Assembly: GCA_030634165.1 (NCBI GenBank)
Contig: DAOWBH010000091.1
Location: forward strand, 1-11,697
Direction of reading: 5' to 3'
From: Spirochaetota bacterium
Lineage (GTDB): Bacteria; Spirochaetota; JAGLSM01
Length of the DNA: 11,697 nt
The translations under genes and the position numbers were made by a program. The notes under the pieces were generated by a model. The model did no database searches. It saw nothing but the letters and a program-made list of their open reading frames with translations, and was not told the DNA's origin. Of the stretch, positions 1 through 6,754 are shown in pieces (the first letter of the stretch is position 1; every line of letters begins with the position of its first letter).

Positions 1-102
1 ACTCTTGAGAGTTAAGTTTTAAAAATAATTTGCTGTTTTTATGTATTTTTTTATTCATAAATATAGTATAGTAAAATTGATGTGCGATTAATAGTTTAAA
101 GT

Positions 103-993
103 TTAAATAAATTTGGAATCATGCGGTGTAGGCACTAGTTTTAAATTTTTATACTTTTCGACAAACCAACCAAGCCCGTAAGGTAGAATCTGCTTAAAAC
201 CTGATTTGGCGGGAGTAAAAATAATATTTTTTAAATCAGCACTAATTAATCGATTATTATCCATAGCAATATCAAATTTTGCAAGATCCATAACTGTAGA
301 AATAAGGCCGTAAGAAGCATTATAATGTAAGTCAGGCACCCTGCTTCTGATCGATTTACCATTCTTACCCAACCTGTAGGGTATTGCCATTTTAGGAATT
401 TCAGAAATATTATTACCGTTAAATCCCGGAAGAGTTCTGTTCATATTAAGAGGATTGATTATTCTTGAAATAACTGCATCAATAATGGATTTTCCTGAAA
501 CACGTTCAATAACCTGTGTAAGAAGTCTGAAGATTTTGCTGCTGTAGAAAAACCTTTCTCCGTAAGACTCTGCAGTATGCGAGAGGATCTGTTTTATAGT
601 TATATCTGATAAGTATCTGTCCAGAGATATGTACTTTGAAATATTGTCATTAAGATTAAGACCATATCTTTTTATCATCTGCATAATCATAATAGTTGTG
701 AAAGTTTTTGTTATTGACCCAATCAAGTATCTTGTATCGGATCCTGCCCGAATTTTTTTTTCAATATCACTGTAACCGTATCCCCGAGTGAACCAAAGTT
801 TTTTATCTCTGATAATCGCAACTGAAACCCCGGGAATCTTAAGTTTGGAACATAGATCCTTAAGTACAGTTTCAAACCGAACAAGACGTTTGTCCCAGAT
901 TGAAATACTTTGAGTTTTATTGATTTTGTATTCAACAGAACTATACAGCGAAGAATTAAAAATAAAAATCAGAATTATTAATTTACTTACCAT
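103..993 (-). CDS. Beta-lactamase-family serine hydrolase (class C / family VIII esterase / PBP-like fold), apparently C-terminally truncated
   Basis: ATG at 993 followed by a hydrophobic signal-like N-terminus (MVSKLIILIFIFNSS). The SxxK nucleophile box S-I-T-K is encoded at 706..717. Blocks GYGYSD and YGLGWF are typical of the PF00144 layout, and Y-S-S sits where YxN is expected. The ORF ends about 20 aa after YGLGWF, before any KTG/HxG box. The other two frames downstream are closed and 1..102 is AT-rich and non-coding. Confidence 0.72.
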   Translation of the reverse strand: MVSKLIILIFIFNSSLYSSVEYKINKTQSISIWDKRLVRFETVLKDLCSKLKIPGVSVAIIRDKKLWFTRGYGYSDIEKKIRAGSDTRYLIGSITKTFTTIMIMQMIKRYGLNLNDNISKYISLDRYLSDITIKQILSHTAESYGERFFYSSKIFRLLTQVIERVSGKSIIDAVISRIINPLNMNRTLPGFNGNNISEIPKMAIPYRLGKNGKSIRSRVPDLHYNASYGLISTVMDLAKFDIAMDNNRLISADLKNIIFTPAKSGFKQILPYGLGWFVEKYKNLKLVPTPHDSKFI

Positions 994-1001
994 TATTTAG
1001 T

Positions 1002-1030
1002 ATAATACAAAGAAGTTAATAAAGGGTCAA
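1002..1030 (-). promoter_or_regulatory. Candidate sigma70-type promoter for the serine hydrolase gene, giving a near-leaderless transcript
   Basis: On the minus strand: TTGACC (complement of 1025..1030), a 17-nt spacer, then TATTAT (complement of 1002..1007). Only 8 nt separate the -10 from the ATG at 993, and no Shine-Dalgarno site is visible. Confidence 0.3.
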
Positions 1031-1207
1031 GCAGAGTAAATATTATGTTTTTTTCTTAAAAGCACCTTTTAAAAACACGAAAAAGGAGGATTCTAACTAA
1101 TATTTCTTCTCTCATGGATTCCTTCAAATTTAGATATTAGCGGTTCACTTAAATTAAAACAAACCCTATTTCACAATATTTTTCTCCAATTTTTGTCCCA
1201 AATTTTC

Positions 1208-1235
1208 TTGACAAAATATATCCATATCCTATACT
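1208..1235 (+). promoter_or_regulatory. Candidate sigma70-type promoter for the basic lipoprotein gene
   Basis: TTGACA at 1208..1213, a 16-nt spacer, TATACT at 1230..1235. A GGGAG Shine-Dalgarno site at 1273..1277 lies 7 nt before the ATG at 1285. Confidence 0.4.
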
Positions 1236-1284
1236 GATGTAAAAGGTATGTGAAAATAACAAGAGTAGTTTTGGGAGTTTTCCA

Positions 1285-2004
1285 ATGAAAAAACACACTA
1301 TATTCATTTTATCATTGCTATTAATACTTGTTTCCTGCGGCAAAACACATACACCAAAAATCTTCAAGAATGAACGTGAAGCTCATGCTTATAAAGGACC
1401 AGTAAAAAGTGTTCATATATTACGCAGCAGATACGTACATAACATTGATGAGTGGAAAGAAGGCAAGCCTCGTCTGAGAAGATTTATCCGTTTTGATAGG
1501 CGTGGTAAAATCATTGAGAAAAAGCGCGCACGAAGACGCAAAAAAATACTCAACACTATAAAGTACACCTACGCCAAAAACTGGAAACGTATAAAAACTT
1601 CGGTTTATAATAACAAAAATAAATTGATCGCATATGGCCTTTACAAATATAACAAACAACAGCGCCGTATCATGAGTACCTGGCACAAAGCAGATGGTGT
1701 ACTCAGACGTAAAATTACCTACACTTATCCATCCGATAATAAACGCAAGGTAACCCTGTATAATAAAGATGATTCTATAAAACTTTACGTTATACGTATT
1801 AAAAATGACAAAGGTTTGCGGGTAGCTTCTGAGTGGTTCAATACTGAAAATAGGATGATCCGACGCAACACTTATTCCTACAAATTCGATAAACATGGCA
1901 ACTGGTTTAAGCGAATAACTCATAGAGAAATCATTAAAAATGGGAAAAAAACAATTGTACCTAGAAGTGTGGTTACCAGAAAAATTATTTATTATTCTAA
2001 ATAG
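1285..2004 (+). CDS. Highly basic lipoprotein with YD-repeat-like beta-hairpin motifs (function unknown)
   Basis: A GGGAG Shine-Dalgarno site precedes the ATG. The signal peptide has lipobox L-V-S-C, with the Cys18 codon at 1336..1338. Motifs recur: FDRRGKII, KYTYAKN, ITYTYPSDN, YSYKFDKHGNWFKR, and the protein ends in IIYY. By hand count it has about 66 Lys/Arg against about 16 Asp/Glu in 239 aa. Confidence 0.7.
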   Translation: MKKHTIFILSLLLILVSCGKTHTPKIFKNEREAHAYKGPVKSVHILRSRYVHNIDEWKEGKPRLRRFIRFDRRGKIIEKKRARRRKKILNTIKYTYAKNWKRIKTSVYNNKNKLIAYGLYKYNKQQRRIMSTWHKADGVLRRKITYTYPSDNKRKVTLYNKDDSIKLYVIRIKNDKGLRVASEWFNTENRMIRRNTYSYKFDKHGNWFKRITHREIIKNGKKTIVPRSVVTRKIIYYSK

Positions 2005-2023
2005 GATTCTTTAGTTTTTTTAA

Positions 2024-3241
2024 TCATTCATAGCGCAGGGCATCTATCGGATTCATGAGGGCCGCTTTGCGTGCCGGGTAGTATCCTGATGAAACGCCTA
2101 TAATAAAAGAAAAACCAAAAGATATAATTATCGCGTAAACCGGTACTGATGCACCCCATGCGGAAACTTCCGCTACAATAAAAGAGAGTCCCACCCCAAA
2201 AATGATGCCAATTACCCCCCCTACCAGACTTAGCATGACCGCTTCTACCAGGAACTGAAACAAAATATCACGTTCCTTGGCTCCAACCGCTTTTCTCAGC
2301 CCTATTTCCCTGGTCCGCTCTGTCACTGAGACAAGCATGATATTCATAATACCAATCCCGCCAACTATCAGAGAAACAAACGCGATACCTGACAGTAAAA
2401 GGGTAAAGGTAGTGCTTGTCTCCTTTATTGATTTTATAATATCTTGCTGATTGCGAATATTAAAATCTGATTCCTGATTTGGTTTTATCTTACGTGATTT
2501 TCGCAGTAAAAATGTAATCTCATCAACTGCCTGGGGAATACTGTCAGTATCACTTACCTGAATATTAATCGAAGACAATTTATCACCCATTCCGAACAGA
2601 CGTGTCTGTGCCGTAAAAAAGGGAACAATAATCACATCATCCAGATTACGCCTTCCGGTACTTCCCTTTTTCTCCAGAACTCCAATAATCAGGAAAGGAA
2701 TCCTCTTGATTTTTATCTTTTTTCCAACAGGATCTTCTCCGCCAAACACTTCCTGTACAATGTGCTGACCAACAACGGCCAACCGCAGTCTGGCTCTATT
2801 TTCTCCTTTTTCAAAAAAACGCCCACTAACCACTGGAAAATTATTCACAATCGCCCAGTTAGCATACCCACCGCGGATAGTTGTTCGCATATTCTTATTA
2901 CGAAAAACCACTTGGGCACTGCCATTTACCTCAGGAGATATATGTGTGAGGTTGCGACCACCTTTTTCCAGTTCTTTGACATCTTTATTACGCAGCTTAA
3001 CTGAGGAACCTGCGGCACCCCGTATTCTGCGGCGTCTACCGTATCCCGCGCGAACATAAAGTAAATTTGATCCCAGTTTGGAAAAACGTTTGGTGGTCGC
3101 AATCCTGGCACCTTCCCCCATAGAAATCATCGCTATAACAGAACCAACCCCGATTATTATACCAAGCATGGTTAAAAAAGAACGAATCTTATTAGCCAAT
3201 ATACTACGTACTGAAATAAGCAATGTTTCCTGAATATTCAT
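2024..3241 (-). CDS. ABC transporter permease, MacB/FtsX family (type VII ABC, large periplasmic domain)
   Basis: 405 aa. An N-terminal TM helix (FLTMLGIIIGVGSVIAMISMG) is followed by a soluble domain of about 230 aa, as in the MacB periplasmic core. Three C-terminal TM helices carry the FtsX-type ERTREIGLRKAVGA motif. The ATG at 3241 overlaps the ATPase stop as ATGA. Confidence 0.93.
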   Translation of the reverse strand: MNIQETLLISVRSILANKIRSFLTMLGIIIGVGSVIAMISMGEGARIATTKRFSKLGSNLLYVRAGYGRRRRIRGAAGSSVKLRNKDVKELEKGGRNLTHISPEVNGSAQVVFRNKNMRTTIRGGYANWAIVNNFPVVSGRFFEKGENRARLRLAVVGQHIVQEVFGGEDPVGKKIKIKRIPFLIIGVLEKKGSTGRRNLDDVIIVPFFTAQTRLFGMGDKLSSINIQVSDTDSIPQAVDEITFLLRKSRKIKPNQESDFNIRNQQDIIKSIKETSTTFTLLLSGIAFVSLIVGGIGIMNIMLVSVTERTREIGLRKAVGAKERDILFQFLVEAVMLSLVGGVIGIIFGVGLSFIVAEVSAWGASVPVYAIIISFGFSFIIGVSSGYYPARKAALMNPIDALRYE

Positions 3242-3936
3242 TTTCGAACCTTCTTTTTTACGGCAAGAATCTTCCCGTCTTTCAACCTGATCACTCTATG
3301 TGCTTTTTTTGATAGCTCATCAGAGTGAGTAACCATGATAATGGTTTTCTTCTTTTTACTCAGATCATCAAATATTTCCATAATCTGGCCACCGCTTTTA
3401 GAATCAAGGTTCCCGGTAGGTTCATCTGCAAGAATAATAACAGGATCATTTATTAAGGAACGTGCAATTGCCACCCTCTGTCGTTCTCCACCGGACATTT
3501 CATTTGGTCTATGATGAACACGATGCCCAAGGCCTACTGCCTGCAATGCCTTTTCAGCCATTGCTTTGCGATCATCCACTTTTCTGCTTGCATACGCCAT
3601 AGGCATCGCCACATTCTCAAGGGCAGTTTCCCTGGAAAGCAGGTTAAAACTCTGAAAAACAAATCCGATTTTATCACTACGTATTCCCGCAAGCTGATCG
3701 TTAGTATAGTCTGAAAGGTCAATCCCATCCAGAATGTACTGCCCCTCAGTCAAGACATCCAGACACCCAAGAATATTCATAAGGGTTGACTTTCCGGAAC
3801 CTGATGGTCCCATTAGTGCCACATACTCACCTTCAAATACCTGCATATCTATTCCATACAGAATCCGAATCAGGAGTTCACCAAGCGCATAGTCTTTTAT
3901 AAGCTGCTGTGTTTCAATAATGGGTTTTGCCTTCAT
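3238..3936 (-). CDS. ABC transporter ATP-binding protein (MacB/LolD/DevA-type)
   Basis: Walker [10 protein letters not shown] is encoded at 3784..3810. Also present: Q-loop FQSFNL, ABC signature MSGGERQRV, Walker [12 protein letters not shown] and H-loop VTHS. Length is 232 aa. Confidence 0.95.
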   Translation of the reverse strand: MKAKPIIETQQLIKDYALGELLIRILYGIDMQVFEGEYVALMGPSGSGKSTLMNILGCLDVLTEGQYILDGIDLSDYTNDQLAGIRSDKIGFVFQSFNLLSRETALENVAMPMAYASRKVDDRKAMAEKALQAVGLGHRVHHRPNEMSGGERQRVAIARSLINDPVIILADEPTGNLDSKSGGQIMEIFDDLSKKKKTIIMVTHSDELSKKAHRVIRLKDGKILAVKKKVRK

Positions 3937-3937
3937 G

Positions 3938-5131
3938 TTAGCGTCGCTTCCGCATCATGCGCTGTAGACGCCTGCTCTTTCTTCCTTTACGTCGACCACT
4001 TCGTCCCTTTCTGGCATTCTTCATAATTTCTTCAACCATTTTTTTTGTAAGGCCTGAAACGACAATCTTCATTTTTTCCCTGAGTCCACGCTTAACTTCA
4101 ATGACAGTGAAATTTGTTTTACCTAATTTAACATACTTGGGCTGTAATTTTCCTTTGCGCTGAATAAACACAAAACGGCGTTTACCTATTTTTTTAACCG
4201 CGCTGTAGGGAATAAGCAATAAGTCTTTAAGTTTTTCAGTTTGAATAACCACTGAAGCGTTCAATCCCGGTTTTAATATTTTTTTAGGATTATGAATTCG
4301 TACAGTAACCAAGAAGGAGGTTACATTCTGTTCCACGGTGGCAATTGGTTCAATCTTATAAACCGAACCGGTGAATTTTTTATCCGAATAAGCATCAATG
4401 GTGATCTTGGCTTTTTGCCCTGTTTTAACCTGTGAAATATCTGTCTCATCCACCATCGCTTTGATATACACATGGGATAAATTTGCAATAATGGCAATCT
4501 TTGTACCGCCGGATGCTGAATAAGTTCCGGATGAAATTATCTGCCCTTTTTCCACAAACTTTTCCAAAATTGTTCCATTTATTGGGGCTCTGACCCAGGC
4601 TTCTCTGTATTTCTTCAGGGCATTGTCGTGATCAACCTGATTCTTGACATATTCCAACTTAGCTTTGGCCAGTTTTAGTTTATAATCCTCCAATGTTGCA
4701 GAAGCAATATATTTATTTTTGAAAAGCTCATTCTGACGATTGAGGTCCGCCTTGGCTTTTTCAAGTGTTAATTTGGCTACTTTGAGCGCAACTTTCGCTT
4801 TATTATAATTATTATACTCTTCAGTCGGATCAATCTGGCAGATAAGACCACGCATCCGTACATAACTACCCGTATCCACATGCATACGGATAATCTTACC
4901 GCTGGCAATAGATTTTATTTCCACTTTGCGAAGCGGTTCAATGGTCCCGGTTGCTGTAATTGAATACAGCATATCACCCTTTACTACTTCAGCAAATTTT
5001 AACCTGGAGACATCAATATCAGATTTACTTCCCCTGAAGAATACAAAAAATATCACTGCAATAAGTGCCGCAGCCAGGATGATGTGCTTCACCTTAAATT
5101 TGAATTTATTTTTTTGTCCTGTTTTCTCCAT
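3938..5131 (-). CDS. Efflux transporter periplasmic adaptor subunit (HlyD/MacA membrane fusion protein family)
   Basis: An N-terminal TM anchor (IILAAALIAVIFFVFF) is followed by a lipoyl/barrel-sandwich segment and a long coiled-coil hairpin (KAKVALKVAKLTLEKAKADLNRQNELF ... KLKLAKAKLEYVKNQ). A beta-barrel and membrane-proximal region follow. The ORF track starts at a TTG at 5143. I prefer the in-frame ATG at 5131, which has GAGGGAAG just upstream and leaves an 8-nt gap after the tolC-like stop. Confidence 0.88.
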   Translation of the reverse strand: MEKTGQKNKFKFKVKHIILAAALIAVIFFVFFRGSKSDIDVSRLKFAEVVKGDMLYSITATGTIEPLRKVEIKSIASGKIIRMHVDTGSYVRMRGLICQIDPTEEYNNYNKAKVALKVAKLTLEKAKADLNRQNELFKNKYIASATLEDYKLKLAKAKLEYVKNQVDHDNALKKYREAWVRAPINGTILEKFVEKGQIISSGTYSASGGTKIAIIANLSHVYIKAMVDETDISQVKTGQKAKITIDAYSDKKFTGSVYKIEPIATVEQNVTSFLVTVRIHNPKKILKPGLNASVVIQTEKLKDLLLIPYSAVKKIGKRRFVFIQRKGKLQPKYVKLGKTNFTVIEVKRGLREKMKIVVSGLTKKMVEEIMKNARKGRSGRRKGRKSRRLQRMMRKRR

Positions 5132-5139
5132 AACTTCCC

Positions 5140-6603
5140 TCAATTTGCTTTGATTTTTATTTTGTAGAATTCAATATTATTTCCACAGTAAAAGTAAAGC
5201 AAAGCCTTATTCTTTTTATAATCCAGAATTGCCTGCTCCACCTTCAAACTTGCTTCAAGATACTCAGACTGTGCAAGAAGAACATCATTATTGGAAGCTG
5301 CTTTCAGGCTGTATTTCTTTACAACGACCTTAAGCTTTTTTTCTGTCAGCTTATAAGCCTGCTTTGCAGCGGTAATACGTAAAACAGCAGCATTTATGTC
5401 TCTTATACTGTTTCTCACATTATTAATTATCGTTCTTCGTAAGTCAGTCAGTTTTAACAGCAGGTTCTTCTGCACAAGCTGCTGTTTTTGCAGTTCGAAT
5501 TTATCAGATTTGCTGGTCAAAGGGAGCTTTAAACTTAATCCAACTCCCAAATTAAAACTATCTCCTCTGGTCAGATCTCCGTATGTATCAAAATATTGAC
5601 TATTATATCCGTTTAAACCTAAACTGAAATTGAGATTCAACTCCGGTTTTATCAGGTTTTTATAATATGCAAGTGTGTATTTATTCATTTTAATCTGATT
5701 TTTGGAAAGAAAATAACTGAAGCTCTTTTTAAGAGCGATTGCAATATATTTCTTTGCCGAAAATTGCCTTTTTTCGATGACAGGTTGTGTAATAAGTTTA
5801 ACGCTGGGAAGCTTTTTAGATAGTTTATAATAATTTAAAATATAAAAAAGATTTTCCTTACTCTTCGCAACTTGATTATCTGCCTGAATCAAAGACTCCT
5901 TGCGCCCGGCAACCACAGATTGGGATTCAATCAAATCAACCCTCGCCTGCAGGCCAATTTTAATCCGCAATTTCTGCATTACCAGTAGTTTGCGAGCAAG
6001 AGATAAGGCCTCTTTTTTAACAGCCAGATTTCTAAGTGCATAATAGTAATCCCAATAGGCTGTTTCCACATCCTTGATAATCTTTGAAATCTCTTCTTTA
6101 TACTGAATAAGTGTATTCCATAGCGCAAGAGCATACGTCTTTTCACTATAGGTATGATAGGAACTCCCAGCCCCTCTGAGTAGAGGCTGTAGTACAGTTA
6201 CTGTTAAACCAGTTTTATATGCAGGATCAAACCCATAATAAGATGATGACTGGCCGTAAAGCAATTTACTTGACAAATCAAACGCTATATCAGTCCCGCT
6301 GCGGAACAATTTACTGACCCCAATCCCTCCGGTTATATCCTTACCGGGCGAACCAGTACGTGACTTGGCCGCATCCAGATCCAGAGAAAGCCGTGGACTG
6401 ATATGATAGGCAACCGCTTCTTTTTTTATATTAAGACGAGCCTGCTTAATATTATTTCTGGAAATTGCAGCCAGCAAATTATTACGTATAGCAATATGAA
6501 ACGACTTCATCAGAGACAGCGGCATCTTACTTTCAGAACCATTTAAAACCATAGTCATAGTAAACAGAATTATGAATAAACAAATAGCCTTAATCGTATA
6601 CAT
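5140..6603 (-). CDS. TolC-family outer membrane efflux protein
   Basis: 487 aa with a signal peptide (MYTIKAICLFIILFTMTMVLNG). Two tandem OEP-like halves are rich in coiled-coil heptads, with Y/F-rich beta segments (GLNGYNSQYF, FNLGVGLSLKLPL). A GGAGGC Shine-Dalgarno site (complement of 6609..6614) lies 5 nt before the ATG at 6603. It is the first gene of the efflux operon. Confidence 0.85.
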   Translation of the reverse strand: MYTIKAICLFIILFTMTMVLNGSESKMPLSLMKSFHIAIRNNLLAAISRNNIKQARLNIKKEAVAYHISPRLSLDLDAAKSRTGSPGKDITGGIGVSKLFRSGTDIAFDLSSKLLYGQSSSYYGFDPAYKTGLTVTVLQPLLRGAGSSYHTYSEKTYALALWNTLIQYKEEISKIIKDVETAYWDYYYALRNLAVKKEALSLARKLLVMQKLRIKIGLQARVDLIESQSVVAGRKESLIQADNQVAKSKENLFYILNYYKLSKKLPSVKLITQPVIEKRQFSAKKYIAIALKKSFSYFLSKNQIKMNKYTLAYYKNLIKPELNLNFSLGLNGYNSQYFDTYGDLTRGDSFNLGVGLSLKLPLTSKSDKFELQKQQLVQKNLLLKLTDLRRTIINNVRNSIRDINAAVLRITAAKQAYKLTEKKLKVVVKKYSLKAASNNDVLLAQSEYLEASLKVEQAILDYKKNKALLYFYCGNNIEFYKIKIKAN

Positions 6604-6717
6604 AAAAAGCCTCCAAAGACCCCTTATTATATGTCAACATAATTTATAGAGGAAGTCTTTTTTTTACATATTTATTATAAATATTATAACCTTTTTTTGG
6701 ACTCGCATTAAAAACCT

Positions 6718-6747
6718 TTGACCTTATGAAATAAATAAAGTTAAATT
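6718..6747 (+). promoter_or_regulatory. Candidate promoter for pbpC giving a leaderless or near-leaderless mRNA
   Basis: TTGACC at 6718..6723, a 17-18 nt spacer, then TTAAAT/TAAATT at 6741..6747. The ATG at 6755 follows 7-8 nt later, with no purine-rich Shine-Dalgarno site in between. Confidence 0.3.
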
Positions 6748-6754
6748 AATTCAA

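Noticed and set aside
1056-1115. 19-codon minus-strand uORF (MREEILVRILLFRVFKRCF) with an AAGGA Shine-Dalgarno-like site, upstream of the serine hydrolase gene; possible leader peptide
   Set aside because: It is very short and no attenuator hairpins are evident. The best promoter candidate for the downstream gene lies between the uORF and that gene. It cannot be told apart from a chance ORF in AT-rich DNA without comparative data.
1420-1923. 167-aa antisense ORF inside the lipoprotein gene, plus similar shadow ORFs (723..935, 1149..1367, 2762..3004, 2926..3111, 3511..3714, 3534..3728, 3957..4163, 4926..5153, 5396..5599, 7048..7239, 7594..7779, 8122..8436, 8648..9037, 10200..10514)
   Set aside because: All are fully embedded in, or largely overlap, motif-supported genes, in another frame or on the opposite strand. 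They lack Shine-Dalgarno sites and have hydrophobic, low-complexity compositions typical of out-of-frame or antisense readings of real genes.
2024-5143. Apparently higher GC content of the ABC permease, ATPase and adaptor genes than of pbpC, the tolC-like gene and the lipoprotein gene, hinting at horizontal transfer
   Set aside because: This rests on hand counts of only nine 60-nt lines, which ranged from 18 to 60 percent GC. The difference could simply reflect stronger amino-acid constraint (Gly/Ala/Arg-rich ABC motifs). A sliding-window GC and codon-usage calculation is needed before any claim.
6615-6665. Hairpin AAAGAC...GTCTTT followed by T8, resembling an intrinsic terminator in the divergent tolC-pbpC spacer
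   Set aside because: The stem is only 6 bp and AT-rich, with a 33-nt poorly paired loop. It also lies upstream of both divergent genes, where a terminator has nothing to terminate. It is more likely promoter-region AT-rich DNA.
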